Shown here piece after piece: positions 41,283-51,586 of a stretch of DNA of 64,000 nucleotides (position 1 is its first letter; each line of letters starts with the position of its first letter). Position numbers and translations under genes: made by a program. The stretch comes from Treponemataceae bacterium. GTDB lineage: Bacteria > Spirochaetota > Spirochaetia > Treponematales > Rectinemataceae. Location of the stretch: NCBI GenBank assembly GCA_963667725.2, contig CAXXHO010000003.1, positions 928,001-992,000 on the forward strand, read 5' to 3'. The notes under the pieces are model-generated. The model had not been told where the DNA came from and ran no database searches. It saw only the letters and a program-made list of their open reading frames with translations.

Positions 41283-42014
41283 ATGGCGTTTTCCAACAGA
41301 CATCGCTCCTACACCGAGAAAGTGATGACCGCCCGTAAAAGGCGCAGAGGACTCCGCAAGGTCCTCCTCGTTCTCCTCTCGGTGGGGCTTATCCGCACTT
41401 TCTTCCTTCAGTCGTATAAGGTTGACGCCACATCGATGCGGCCGGCCCTTTCCCCTGGCGACAGAGTCCTGTCTTTTCCCCTTCCGGTTGGCGCCGCAAC
41501 GCTTTTCGGAAAATTGCCTCGCATAACCGACTTGAAAAGAGGGGAGCTTATCGTCCTCGCTCCCGATCCCATACCTGCGGAAAGCTGGTGGTTCAGCGCC
41601 TGGGATAGCCTGGCGCGATTCTTCACGCTTCAATATTATTCCCCCTCGGCCCGGCGCCATGGCCTCAGTCTGACCTCTCCGGGCCTGTATAGAGTCATAG
41701 GACTGCCCGGCGACGCCATCAGGCGCAAGGGGGCTCTGTATGAAATACGCCCGGCGGGTTCCACTTTGTTCCAGAATGAGTACATGCTTTCCGAGGTCAG
41801 CTATTCGCTTTCCGGTACCTCCCCGGTTTCAGGGCCGGCTCAGGGCGGAGAATTCGCGCGCGTGAATATCCTTGGAAAGAACGAATACTACGTCGCCTGC
41901 GACGACAGATCCTTGTTGGCGGGATCCCAGCTATGGGGGTCCGTAGGACAGGAAAGAATCATCGGGCGGATCATCGCCGTCTGGTGGCCTCTACGGCGCA
42001 TGAAAATACCATGA
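41283..42014 (+). CDS. S26 signal-peptidase-like paralogue with degenerate active site
   Basis: SYKVDATSMRPAL..GDRV, LYRVIGLPGD, IIGRI..WWP. Confidence 0.8.
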   Translation: MAFSNRHRSYTEKVMTARKRRRGLRKVLLVLLSVGLIRTFFLQSYKVDATSMRPALSPGDRVLSFPLPVGAATLFGKLPRITDLKRGELIVLAPDPIPAESWWFSAWDSLARFFTLQYYSPSARRHGLSLTSPGLYRVIGLPGDAIRRKGALYEIRPAGSTLFQNEYMLSEVSYSLSGTSPVSGPAQGGEFARVNILGKNEYYVACDDRSLLAGSQLWGSVGQERIIGRIIAVWWPLRRMKIP

Positions 42015-43285
42015 ACCTTTCAGGCTTCCTCTCGGAAAGCGGCGGGGCATTCGAAACGCCGCGATCCCTCTATGTTCATGTGCCCTTCTGTTCCTCCCGC
42101 TGCTCCTACTGCGATTTCCATTCCTTTCCCTGTTCACGAGTATCAGCCTCGCAGCGAGCCGACTACGTGGAAAAGCTCCTGCGGCGTACGGAACATCTCT
42201 GCCGGACGGCCTCGGCCTCCATCGAGACCATCTTTATCGGCGGCGGCACGCCCACGGTTCTGGAAGACGAGGTTTTCGGAAGACTTCTCGCCGGAATCAG
42301 ATCCATTGCGGGGCATCCTCCTCTCGAATGGACGGTAGAGGCCAATCCAGAATCGCTGAGCCCCAGCAAGCTCGAAATGATGGCTGTTCATGGGGTCACC
42401 AGGCTTAGTATAGGGATCCAGAGCATGGACGACGCCGAGCTGGCCATCCTCGGAAGGCATGCCAGGGCGGCGGATAACCGCGGAGCCCTGGACATGGCCA
42501 TCCAGTCGGGACTCAAGCTGTCGGCCGACCTCATGACGGCCTTGCCCGGTCCGGAAAAACGCTCCTCCCGCTCCTCTACACGCTCCGCCCTCCGCGATTC
42601 GACCGCCTTCCTAGCCGAAAAGGGCGTGGGGCATCTCTCCATCTACGACCTTGTCGTCGAGGAGGGAACGCCGATCAAGGGGCGGCTGGATCGAGCGGAG
42701 CTTTTTCCCGCCGACGAGGACGCGGCCTTCGATGAACGCGAGAATGTTGAAGGCTTCCTCAAGGCTCTGGGGTTCTCCCGCTACGAGGTTTCCAATTATG
42801 CGCTCGAAGGTTCCGAATGCCTTCATAACCAAGCCTACTGGTCGATGAACTCCTATCTGGGCGTCGGAAGCGGCGCGGTTTCGACGCTGATCGTCGCCGA
42901 CGGAAGAAAGGCGGCCGCCGCGGGGGCGAGGGGAAGCCTCTCGCTGAGAATCGAGGAGGGGAGGGATCTGCAGACCTATCTCCTTGACCCCGACAAATCC
43001 CTCGCCCTGTCCTGGATAGGGAGGAAGGATTCGGCCTTCGAGATGATCATGATGGCGCTGCGCACGGCCAGAGGCCTCGATGAAGAGCGGTTCAAGGCCC
43101 GTTTCGGGCTGGAAGCCGGCGCTATCTTGTCCAACACGAGGGAAAAATGGAAGGACCGTTTTTCGGAAAGTGCAGGTTTTCTCAGGCTTGACGGCCCCGG
43201 TCTCGACATCCTCAACCTCATCCTCGTCGATGCCCTGGACGAAATGGGCTCCTGGTTTCCCGAAGCGGGAGGGAAAACCCCATGA
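42011..43285 (+). CDS. hemW: Radical SAM heme chaperone HemW (HemN family)
   Basis: LYVHVPFCSSRCSYCDF, GGGTP, YEVSNY, HNQAYW. Confidence 0.88.
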   Translation: MNLSGFLSESGGAFETPRSLYVHVPFCSSRCSYCDFHSFPCSRVSASQRADYVEKLLRRTEHLCRTASASIETIFIGGGTPTVLEDEVFGRLLAGIRSIAGHPPLEWTVEANPESLSPSKLEMMAVHGVTRLSIGIQSMDDAELAILGRHARAADNRGALDMAIQSGLKLSADLMTALPGPEKRSSRSSTRSALRDSTAFLAEKGVGHLSIYDLVVEEGTPIKGRLDRAELFPADEDAAFDERENVEGFLKALGFSRYEVSNYALEGSECLHNQAYWSMNSYLGVGSGAVSTLIVADGRKAAAAGARGSLSLRIEEGRDLQTYLLDPDKSLALSWIGRKDSAFEMIMMALRTARGLDEERFKARFGLEAGAILSNTREKWKDRFSESAGFLRLDGPGLDILNLILVDALDEMGSWFPEAGGKTP

Positions 43286-44142
43286 CAAGAGTGCTCTCGA
43301 TTCAATCCCACGTCGTCTACGGCCACGTCGGCAACAGGGCCTCAGTCTTTCCCCTCGAAAGGATGGGCGTGGAAGTCTGGCCCCTGAACACCGTGCAGTT
43401 CTCCAACCATACAGGGTACGGACACTGGAAAGGACAGGTTTTCCCTGGCTCCCATATCGCGGAACTATGGGAGGGACTGGAAGCCCTCGGCCGCGCGTCC
43501 GCCTGCGACGCCCTCCTTTCGGGCTACCTGGGCGCACTGGATGTCGGGGAAGCCATCCTGGATATCGTCGCCTCGATCAGGAAAAGCAACCCAAAAATGC
43601 TGTACTGCTGCGACCCCGTCATGGGCGACTATGAACGCGGCCTCTACGTGAAACCCGGCATCCCCGAGTTTTTCCGCGACAGGGCGCTTCGCGAGGCATC
43701 CATCATCAAACCCAACCAGTTCGAGGCCGAAGCGCTCTCAGGCGTAGCCATCCGCGGCATGGAAGACGCCAGGCGAGCCTGCGCCATCCTCCATGAAAAA
43801 GGACCAGGGATCATCCTCGTCACGAGCATCGACGCCATCCGGCACGGCGGGGATCAGATCTGCACGCTGCTCTCGCTCGGCGATCATGCCTATGTCGTCA
43901 GGACCCCGCGCTTTTCCTTCCCCGTCCCCCCTCACGGCGCTGGCGACATGGCTTCGGCGCTCTTCCTCGGCCATTACCTGGAAACCGGGGACGCGGCGCT
44001 TTCGCTGGAGCGCATGGCCGGCGCCGTCCATGCCGTATTCAAGGCGACGAAGGCCCAGGATTCCGTCGAACTGGCGATCGTCGAGGCTCAGGACGCGTTC
44101 GCTGAAAGGAAAAGCCTGTTCCACGCCGAAAAAATCTGGTAA
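43282..44142 (+). CDS. pdxY: Pyridoxal kinase
   Basis: SIQSHVVYGHVGN, QFSNHTGY, DPVMGD, PNQFE, GAGD. Confidence 0.93.
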   Translation: MTRVLSIQSHVVYGHVGNRASVFPLERMGVEVWPLNTVQFSNHTGYGHWKGQVFPGSHIAELWEGLEALGRASACDALLSGYLGALDVGEAILDIVASIRKSNPKMLYCCDPVMGDYERGLYVKPGIPEFFRDRALREASIIKPNQFEAEALSGVAIRGMEDARRACAILHEKGPGIILVTSIDAIRHGGDQICTLLSLGDHAYVVRTPRFSFPVPPHGAGDMASALFLGHYLETGDAALSLERMAGAVHAVFKATKAQDSVELAIVEAQDAFAERKSLFHAEKIW

Positions 44143-44201
44143 ACTCCGAGGCTGGGGACGGAATAGCCGAATGAAGGCGTCCGTACGCAAGGAGCCTGCC
44201 G

Positions 44202-45485
44202 ATGAGCGATTTTTCCTATGCCGTAGTTTCTTCCGTACTTCACGACAGCCGGGCCATAGAAACCATATTTTCCGGTTTCGAACCGCTTTTTTCAGGCCTG
44301 AACGGAGAGCGTGTCGAACTGAATCCCCCCGCCGACGGCGGCCCTGTCGCGGCGGCGCCCCCGTTTTTCTTCATCCTCACGGGCGGAACCGAGGGGCTCG
44401 TCCTCAAATATCTGTCTTCCCTGCCCGCCTCCGCGTCGGCCAAACCCTATCCACTTGTCCTCATAGCCCATCCCCGCCACAACTCCCTGCCTGCCGCCCT
44501 GGAGATCGCCGCGCGGGCGAGACAGGACGGAGGATCAGCCATCGTCATACAGATAAGAACGGCGGAAGACGAATCGGCTCGCGCCGATATCCTGGAAGCG
44601 ATACGCCTGAACCGCGCCGTCGCCGCCATGCGCGGCTCGAGGATCGGCGCCGTGGGAGAGGCTTCGGACTGGCTCGTCGCGTCCAGCCAGAAAGCCTCGG
44701 CCCTGAAATCGACCTGGGGCGCCCAGCTGGAACCGGTGTCCATCCGGGAGCTGGAGGATAAAATAGAAGGACTCAGGGAAGGACCGCTCGGCCCCAAGGC
44801 TTCTGCATTCCTCCAGGAATCCCGCTATAAAAAAGAGCCGGCCGGCACGGACATGCATAAATCCGACTTGATATATGGGGCCCTGCGCGCCATCGTCGCC
44901 GAAAAGCGGCTGGACGCCTTCACGCTCAGGTGTTTCGATCTGCTAAGCCTCGAGCGGGCGACGGGCTGCTACGCGCTTTCGCAGATGGCCGACGACGGAA
45001 TAGACGCGGGCTGCGAGGGCGATATCCCTTCCATTCTTGCCCTTCGCTGGATGCGCCTGCTCTCGGGCAAGCCGGCCTGGATGGCCAATCCTTCCGAGAT
45101 CAACCTGGGGAAGACCTCGAGTAAAGGGAATATCCTGCTTGCCCACTGCACCGTTCCCCGATCGCTGCTCACCGGCTATGGGATACGCAGCCATTTCGAG
45201 TCGGGATTGGGCGTCGCCATCGCGGGCAAATTCGCGCCAGGGCAAGTCACCCTCGCGCGCATCGGGGGCGTGTCCCTCGATCAGGTCTGGCTCGCCGAAG
45301 GCCAGCTCACGGATTGCCCGTCGGATGAGGGGTTGTGCAGGACACAGGCTGTCATCGAAATGGATAACGCCGATCTGGCGCGGCTGCTCGATAAGCCGCT
45401 TGGAAACCATCTCATCGTCGGCTTCGGACACTGGGCGAAAATGGCGCGCCGATATCTTTCAATGGAGAATATCAGGGAGATTTGA
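44202..45485 (+). CDS. L-fucose/L-arabinose isomerase-like protein
   Basis: LRCF, GCEGD, LAHCT, CRTQ, PLGNH motifs. Confidence 0.75.
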   Translation: MSDFSYAVVSSVLHDSRAIETIFSGFEPLFSGLNGERVELNPPADGGPVAAAPPFFFILTGGTEGLVLKYLSSLPASASAKPYPLVLIAHPRHNSLPAALEIAARARQDGGSAIVIQIRTAEDESARADILEAIRLNRAVAAMRGSRIGAVGEASDWLVASSQKASALKSTWGAQLEPVSIRELEDKIEGLREGPLGPKASAFLQESRYKKEPAGTDMHKSDLIYGALRAIVAEKRLDAFTLRCFDLLSLERATGCYALSQMADDGIDAGCEGDIPSILALRWMRLLSGKPAWMANPSEINLGKTSSKGNILLAHCTVPRSLLTGYGIRSHFESGLGVAIAGKFAPGQVTLARIGGVSLDQVWLAEGQLTDCPSDEGLCRTQAVIEMDNADLARLLDKPLGNHLIVGFGHWAKMARRYLSMENIREI

Positions 45486-45487
45486 TC

Positions 45488-46096
45488 TCACTGCACGAAA
45501 AAGTCGTAGGATGGATGAAGTCTTTCGGCATAGTCTGATCGCAGGCCCAGGTTGAATTTCTTCTCCGTCCCCAGGGTTGAGGGCGGGCCGTGGCCCGGGA
45601 ATATCATCGTGTCGTCAGGATATCCCTGCAGTTTCGTTTCCAGCCTTTCGAACAGGGCCTGGGCGTTGAACGACGAGGTGGTCTTCCCTATGATGCCCGC
45701 GTGCAGGGCGTCGCCGGTGAAGAGATAGGGACCGATACTGTAGATCATGGAGTCCTGGGAATGCCCGGGCACGGCCAGAGCCTTGATCGAGAAGCCCGCT
45801 TCCTCGAAGCTGTCCTGATCGCGCACCTTCCTGCAGACGATATCGAATATCTTCTTGTTGGATGCGTAGACGGCCGGCTCATAAATCCTCATGAGCGTTT
45901 TCAGGCCTCGGCAATGATGGATATGGTTATGCGTGATGAGTATGGCCTTGAGCGAATAGGATTTGTGTTCTATCTGGTCTATCATCGTCGTCGTGACCTC
46001 GGCCGGATCCACGATTATCGCCGATGAAGTCTCCTCGTTTCCCAGAATATAGGCGTTCGAGAAACCGTAGATCGAATAATGCTGGTAAATCTTCAT
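45488..46096 (-). CDS. MBL-fold metallo-hydrolase (glyoxalase II-like)
   Basis: THNHIHH, PGHS, FTGD, PGHG; true start is MKIYQH at 46096. Confidence 0.88.
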   Translation of the reverse strand: MKIYQHYSIYGFSNAYILGNEETSSAIIVDPAEVTTTMIDQIEHKSYSLKAILITHNHIHHCRGLKTLMRIYEPAVYASNKKIFDIVCRKVRDQDSFEEAGFSIKALAVPGHSQDSMIYSIGPYLFTGDALHAGIIGKTTSSFNAQALFERLETKLQGYPDDTMIFPGHGPPSTLGTEKKFNLGLRSDYAERLHPSYDFFVQ

Positions 46097-46692
46097 AGAT
46101 AGATATGCTCCATGTCCTTCACCGCTTCCGTGATGTTCGAGCCCACGGTCGAGATGGATACGGCCTTCTTGGGCATGAAATAGACGCGCTTGAAATCGCA
46201 GTCGTCGAAACGGCTGTTCTCGATGTCGGACAGGATGAAGCGGGAGTCGTAGAGGTTCGAGCTTGAAAAAGTGCTCTCCTTGATCCTGCTGCCGTCGAAA
46301 TTCACGTGGATGAGCTCCGAATTCTCGAAGCTGCAGTCGAAAATATCCACGTCCCCGAAAGAGCAGAAGTCCATATCCACGCCCGAGAAATCGCAGGAAT
46401 CGAGACAGGCCGTGTCGAAGAAACAGAGGCGGAAGGAGGCGCCCGTGAACATTATATGGGAGAGCGAGGTTTTCCCGAAGTTGCAGCCGACGAATCGAAT
46501 CCGCGAAAAATCTCCCACGTTCAGGGCAATATGCGAAAAATCGATGTTGATCGCGCTGCGTTCGCCGACGATGCCGTCTATGAGAAGCTTTACCGCTTCC
46601 TGGGGGCTGGGATGATGTGTCCGGCAATAAGGGCTTCCCGCGAAGGTGGTTTCCTCGCAGCCGGCGGCGCCGCAGGGCATCTTTCTGTACAT
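46093..46692 (-). CDS. Pentapeptide-repeat protein with N-terminal Cys/His motif
   Basis: Five-residue repeats (CNFGK TSLSH IMFTG ASFRL...); N-terminal C-x4-C-x10-C-x2-H. Confidence 0.85.
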   Translation of the reverse strand: MYRKMPCGAAGCEETTFAGSPYCRTHHPSPQEAVKLLIDGIVGERSAINIDFSHIALNVGDFSRIRFVGCNFGKTSLSHIMFTGASFRLCFFDTACLDSCDFSGVDMDFCSFGDVDIFDCSFENSELIHVNFDGSRIKESTFSSSNLYDSRFILSDIENSRFDDCDFKRVYFMPKKAVSISTVGSNITEAVKDMEHIYL

Positions 46693-46820
46693 GAGGACAG
46701 GCTACACCATCGAGGCCGGCGGGACAAGGCCGCGCCCGGCCGGAGCCTCCGACCGGAGCTCCCGGCCGCAAGCCTATCCTCTGCTTGAATCGGGACTCTT
46801 CTAGGGTATATTATACTAGC

Positions 46821-47117
46821 ATGTGCTATTATTGCGGGGAAGCGCTGCCTGCTAGCCCGAAGATCGGTTTTTCCGAAACCTGTCCCTCCTGCGGCAAAGA
46901 CCTTCATGTCTGCCTCCATTGTTCCTTTTATCTCATAGGGGCGCATTGGGATTGCCGGGAAACCATCGACGCCCTCGTCGCCGAAAAGGATAAAAGGAAT
47001 TTCTGCGAGTGGTTCGGCCTCGATGCCCGCTACGGCGTGAAGAACGCGGGCTTGATCGCGACGCGCGGCAAGGCCGAATCAGCTAAATCCGCCTTCGACG
47101 CGCTCTTCACGAAATGA
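46821..47117 (+). CDS. Small Cys-rich (putative double zinc-finger) protein
   Basis: CYYC, CPSC, CLHC, C..., NFCEWF; overlaps the murI start. Confidence 0.7.
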   Translation: MCYYCGEALPASPKIGFSETCPSCGKDLHVCLHCSFYLIGAHWDCRETIDALVAEKDKRNFCEWFGLDARYGVKNAGLIATRGKAESAKSAFDALFTK

Positions 47118-47941
47118 GTACCATGACCAAGAATTCTTCCATCGTGTTTTTCGACTCCGGCGTGGGAGGGCTCTCCTATCTCGAACAGGCCCGGAGCCTT
47201 CTTCCGGGGGCGACCCTGCATTATGTCGCCGACGATGAGGGCTTTCCCTACGGCACGAAGACGGTCAGGCAACTGGAAACCCTGCTCCTGGACAGGGTAA
47301 GGCGCCTGAGGGCGAGGGTTATGCCCGAAGCCCTCGTCATCGCCTGCAATACGGCCAGTCAAGCCGGCCTCAAGGTGCTGCGCGAAGCCCATCCATTCTT
47401 CCCCATCATCGGCACCGTGCCCGCCATAAAGCCCGCCGCCGAGAGTTCGAAAACCGGACATATAGGCGTCTTGGCAACCGAGCGGACCGTCGTCGATCCT
47501 TATATCGACGATCTCATCGCCCGCTACGCTTCCGAGACGGAGGTAGTCAAGCTGCCGGCTCAGGACCTGGTCTCCTTCGTGGAACGCCACTACCTTTCGT
47601 CGACGGAAGATGAGAGGCGTGCTGCCGTGGAGCCCTATGTCCGCCTGCTTCTGGACCGCGGCGTCGACAGGATAATCCTCGCCTGCACGCATTTTCTCCA
47701 TGTCGAAAAGGATATAGCCGCCTGCGCGCTTGCCCTCGGGGCCGCGGAGGTCGAGATCGTCGATTCCCGTCAGGGCGTGGCCAAAAGGCTCGCGCAGATC
47801 ATCTCCGAACTGGAAAAGGACGATAGCGGGACGGCAGTCTCCGAAAGAGGGCGCTTTTTCCTCACCGGGGAACCGCCCTTCGATCCCTCATACGCCCAGT
47901 GGGCCGAACATTTCGGCCTCCTTCCTCCGGAACGGCTCTAG
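47114..47941 (+). CDS. murI: Glutamate racemase
   Basis: FDSGVGGLS, PYG, IACNTAS, LACTHF. Confidence 0.96.
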   Translation: MSTMTKNSSIVFFDSGVGGLSYLEQARSLLPGATLHYVADDEGFPYGTKTVRQLETLLLDRVRRLRARVMPEALVIACNTASQAGLKVLREAHPFFPIIGTVPAIKPAAESSKTGHIGVLATERTVVDPYIDDLIARYASETEVVKLPAQDLVSFVERHYLSSTEDERRAAVEPYVRLLLDRGVDRIILACTHFLHVEKDIAACALALGAAEVEIVDSRQGVAKRLAQIISELEKDDSGTAVSERGRFFLTGEPPFDPSYAQWAEHFGLLPPERL

Positions 47942-47959
47942 GATGCCGCGGGTGAAAGC

Positions 47960-48988
47960 TTGACCGGAACGGTGATATTCTCGACCAATAATTCGGCACA
48001 GGTTCTCTGCGACGACGGATTCCTGCGTCTTTGCCAGATAAAGGGCAAGAGGATAAAGGCGCTGACGGGCAGCTACAACAGCCTGGCCGTCGGCGATATC
48101 GTGGAAGTCACTCCCACCGAAGGCAGCCTGGGCCTCATCTCAAAAATGCAGCCCAGGAAGAACACTTTCGGCCGATACAACGAAAAGGGCAGGGCCGAGC
48201 AGTCAATCGCCGCCAATATCGATATGGTGATCTGCGTGACCTCGCCCAGGCTTCCTCCCTTCAGACCGCGCTTCATCGACAGGCTGGCCGTCATGGCCGA
48301 ATGGGCCAGCGTTCCCTTCGTCATCGTGCTCAACAAGATAGACCTGGGCGTCCCTGATGAAGTCCAAGAACGCCTGGAGGATTACCATGAGCTGGGCTAT
48401 CGGGTAATCCAGAGTTCGGTGAAGACCGGCGAGGGCATCGAAGCCCTTCTGGGGCTCCTTTCCGGCTCGGTGGGCGTGTTCGCCGGACAGTCGGGGGTCG
48501 GCAAGTCGAGCCTCCTCAACGTCCTCGTGCCCGGAACCGAGCGCAGAACGGCCGACGTGTCTGAAAAATACGACAGAGGAAAGCATACGACGACCATGGC
48601 CGAGATGATTCTTACCGATAGCGGACTCAAGATTATCGATACGCCGGGCATTCGCAGGCTGGCCCTCAGGAGCCTTCCCCCCGACGACCTGGCAGGCTGT
48701 TTCCCGGAGATGCTCCCCCTCATAGAGGACTGCGCCTACGGCTCGCGCTGCAGCCATACGGACGAGGAAGGCTGCGCCATCAGGGAAGCGGTGGAGGAAT
48801 CCACTATCCATCCGGACCGCTATGAAAGCTACCTACGCATCAGGGAGGACCTCGTCCAGCCCGTCGCGTGGAAAAAGTCGGGCGTCCGCGATCCGGGCAG
48901 GAAGGAGAGAGGGCTTTCATCCAAGATCAGGACGAAAATCAGGGGTTCTGGTTCGGCCGATCTCGACGAACACGACGAACTCTTTTAG
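47960..48988 (+). CDS. rsgA: Ribosome small subunit-dependent GTPase A
   Basis: NKID, GQSGVGKSS, GKHTTT, DTPG, C-terminal Zn finger. Confidence 0.95.
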   Translation: MTGTVIFSTNNSAQVLCDDGFLRLCQIKGKRIKALTGSYNSLAVGDIVEVTPTEGSLGLISKMQPRKNTFGRYNEKGRAEQSIAANIDMVICVTSPRLPPFRPRFIDRLAVMAEWASVPFVIVLNKIDLGVPDEVQERLEDYHELGYRVIQSSVKTGEGIEALLGLLSGSVGVFAGQSGVGKSSLLNVLVPGTERRTADVSEKYDRGKHTTTMAEMILTDSGLKIIDTPGIRRLALRSLPPDDLAGCFPEMLPLIEDCAYGSRCSHTDEEGCAIREAVEESTIHPDRYESYLRIREDLVQPVAWKKSGVRDPGRKERGLSSKIRTKIRGSGSADLDEHDELF

Positions 48989-48997
48989 GATCGATGT

Positions 48998-51520
48998 ATG
49001 TTTTTAAAAAACGATCACAGCCTTAGGCTCCTTGATTTTTTCAGGATACGCGAGCGTACCGCCGAGTATTGCCTCTCCTGGGAGGGGGGCGAGCTTGTCC
49101 GCGCCTCGCTTCCCATCGACGACAAGGCTCTCCTTGAGCGCTTCAAGGCAGATATAGCCTCGCTATGCGACTTTCTCGCCTCCAGCGAGCTGCCTTCCTT
49201 TTCTTTTCCTCAGATAGCCGAGGCGCTGAAGCGCCTCGGGGCTTCGGGCATGACCCTCGAGCTGGAGGAACTCTTCGCCCTGGGCATCTGGACGAAGGAA
49301 TTCGACAGGCTTTTCGCCCTGCTCTCCAAGGTCGACTTTGCCGCGAAAAGGCAGGATGGCAAGAAGACAGAGGACGAAGAGGGCCCTATTGAGGAAAAGC
49401 GGGGATTCCATCCTCAAGAACTGGCCGAAAGATGGGCCGAATCGGAAGCCGAGGAACTGTTCGCCGCCGCGCCTAAGCTTCAGCATGTATCTAAAATCAT
49501 ATTCGATATTCTCACGCCGGACGGGGAGCTCCGCGATCTGCCAGAGATAAAGCGAATTAGGGACGCCATCGCCCGCGCCAACCGCGATCTGCTGACGATT
49601 TCCGACTCCTACCGGAACGATCCCGACCTCCGTTCGGTGCTTCAGTCCGACGAGCCTACCCAGCGCGACGGCAGGACCGTCCTGGCCGTGAGGGCTAATT
49701 TCAGGGGAAGGGTGAAGGGTATCGTCCACGAGGTTTCCTCCTCGGGGCAGACGGTCTTCATAGAGCCGGCCGCCCTCGTCGAGAAGAACAACGAACTCGT
49801 GCAGCTCGAAGCCCGGCTCAGGGCTGAAATTTTCCGTATTCTCAAGGAGACGACGGAGAAGGTCAGAAAGGACGCGCCTTCGATAGGGCAGGCCAGGATT
49901 CTCCTCGCCTACATGGACCAGCGCCTGGCTCGGGCGATCCAGATGAGACGCGAGGAACTCGTGCTGGCCGAGGTCGTCGACGCAGGGTTCACGATCTGGC
50001 GGGCTCGCCATCCCCTCTTAGGCAAGCGAGCCGTGCCCATCGATGTCGACGTGCCCGATCTGACCCGTACCCTCATCGTCACCGGACCCAACACGGGAGG
50101 CAAGACCGTCACGCTCAAGACTATCGGGCTTTTCGCCCTCATGCACCAGTTCGGGCTGGGGCTTCCGGCGGCCTTGGGCACGAAACTGCCCATATTCGAC
50201 GCCGTCCTGGCAGACATCGGCGACGAACAGTCCATCGACCAGTCCCTGTCCACCTTTTCCGGCCACATGAAGGTCATCGCCGATGTCGTGAAAAACGTCA
50301 GCTCCAGGAGCCTCGTCCTCCTCGACGAGCTGGGCGCCGGCACCGACCCCGAAGAGGGCTGCGCCATAGCCATGGGCCTCCTCGACTTTTTCATCGAGAA
50401 GGGCTGTCTCACCATGGCGACCACGCATCACGGCATCCTCAAGAACTATGGATACACCAGGCCGGGCTGCCTGAACGCCTGCATGGAATTCGATTCGACC
50501 CTCCTCGCGCCGACCTACCGCATTGTCATGGGCATCCCCGGGGAAAGCCGCGCCCTCGAGATCGCCGCGCAGACAGGGCTGGCGGCCGATATCGTGACGA
50601 GGGCGCGGCGCTACCTGAGCGACGAGCGTACCGATGTCGGGGAAATGATCAAGGGCCTGAACGAGAAGCACAGGGAACTCGATTCGCTCGAAAGGGAACA
50701 CAAGAAGCGGCTCAAGGCCGTCACCGAGGATAAGCGGAAGGCCGATCTCGCCGTGCTGCGGGTGCGCCAGCGGGAATCGGAGTTGCGCCGCAACGGTCTC
50801 TCCGACCTCAGGAACCTTCTTTCGGAAAGCAGAAAAACCCTCGAAAACCTCGTGCGCGAGCTTCGGGAATCGGGAGCGAATACCGACAAGACGAAGGACG
50901 TCAAGAAATTCCTCGCCGATCTGGCGGAATCCGTCGAGAAACAGTACGGGGTCCTGGAGAGCGAAGAGCTGGAGGCCAAGGCCGAACTCAAGGCGAGGGT
51001 TCAGCCGGTCGATGCGGACTCTGTGCCTGGCGAGGCTTCTTCCGGAAAGAAGGCGCGCGCAGTCTTCGCCGAGGGCGAAGAGGTGATGTACGGACCTTAC
51101 AGAAAGAGGGCTCGACTGATCAGGAAGGCCTCGGGCGGCAAATGCGTCATCGAAATCGGCTCCATGCGCCTCACGGTCGCCAAAACCGACCTTACGCCCG
51201 TCGAGGAAAAGAAATCCGACAGGCCCGTCTACGATGTTGAGCTAGCTCCCGAGGGCGCTGAGGGGTCGGCGCGCGCGAGTTTCGAGCTCGACCTGCGCGG
51301 ATTCCGCCTCCTCGAGGCTATCGGCGCCGTGGAACGGCAGATCGATGCGGCCAGCCTCCAGGGCTTGAGCCTATTTTCCATAATTCATGGCACGGGGGAG
51401 GGGGTTCTAGGCAAGGGCATCCACGACTATCTCAGGTCCAGCCCCGCCGTCGAAGATTATCATTTCGCCAGGCCGGAAGAGGGAGGATACGGCAAGACGA
51501 TCGTCAGACTAAAGGCGTAG
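48998..51520 (+). CDS. mutS2: Endonuclease MutS2
   Basis: TGPNTGGKT, DIGDEQSIDQSLSTFSGH, DELGAGTDP; Smr domain IIHGTGEG. Confidence 0.96.
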   Translation: MFLKNDHSLRLLDFFRIRERTAEYCLSWEGGELVRASLPIDDKALLERFKADIASLCDFLASSELPSFSFPQIAEALKRLGASGMTLELEELFALGIWTKEFDRLFALLSKVDFAAKRQDGKKTEDEEGPIEEKRGFHPQELAERWAESEAEELFAAAPKLQHVSKIIFDILTPDGELRDLPEIKRIRDAIARANRDLLTISDSYRNDPDLRSVLQSDEPTQRDGRTVLAVRANFRGRVKGIVHEVSSSGQTVFIEPAALVEKNNELVQLEARLRAEIFRILKETTEKVRKDAPSIGQARILLAYMDQRLARAIQMRREELVLAEVVDAGFTIWRARHPLLGKRAVPIDVDVPDLTRTLIVTGPNTGGKTVTLKTIGLFALMHQFGLGLPAALGTKLPIFDAVLADIGDEQSIDQSLSTFSGHMKVIADVVKNVSSRSLVLLDELGAGTDPEEGCAIAMGLLDFFIEKGCLTMATTHHGILKNYGYTRPGCLNACMEFDSTLLAPTYRIVMGIPGESRALEIAAQTGLAADIVTRARRYLSDERTDVGEMIKGLNEKHRELDSLEREHKKRLKAVTEDKRKADLAVLRVRQRESELRRNGLSDLRNLLSESRKTLENLVRELRESGANTDKTKDVKKFLADLAESVEKQYGVLESEELEAKAELKARVQPVDADSVPGEASSGKKARAVFAEGEEVMYGPYRKRARLIRKASGGKCVIEIGSMRLTVAKTDLTPVEEKKSDRPVYDVELAPEGAEGSARASFELDLRGFRLLEAIGAVERQIDAASLQGLSLFSIIHGTGEGVLGKGIHDYLRSSPAVEDYHFARPEEGGYGKTIVRLKA

Positions 51521-51550
51521 TTGACAGTTATTTCGTTGCTATGCTATCGT
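51521..51550 (+). promoter_or_regulatory. Sigma70-type promoter of the yebC-ruvCAB-queA operon
   Basis: TTGACA-18 nt-TATCGT with extended TGn; AAGGAG SD downstream. Confidence 0.55.
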
Positions 51551-51586
51551 TTTGCGTCATTTGTTGGGTTTATATAAGGAGATCCT

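Noticed and set aside
46097..46771. Long N-terminal extension of the 427-aa MBL ORF
   Set aside because: Overlaps the pentapeptide gene in another frame; the real start is MKIYQH at 46096.
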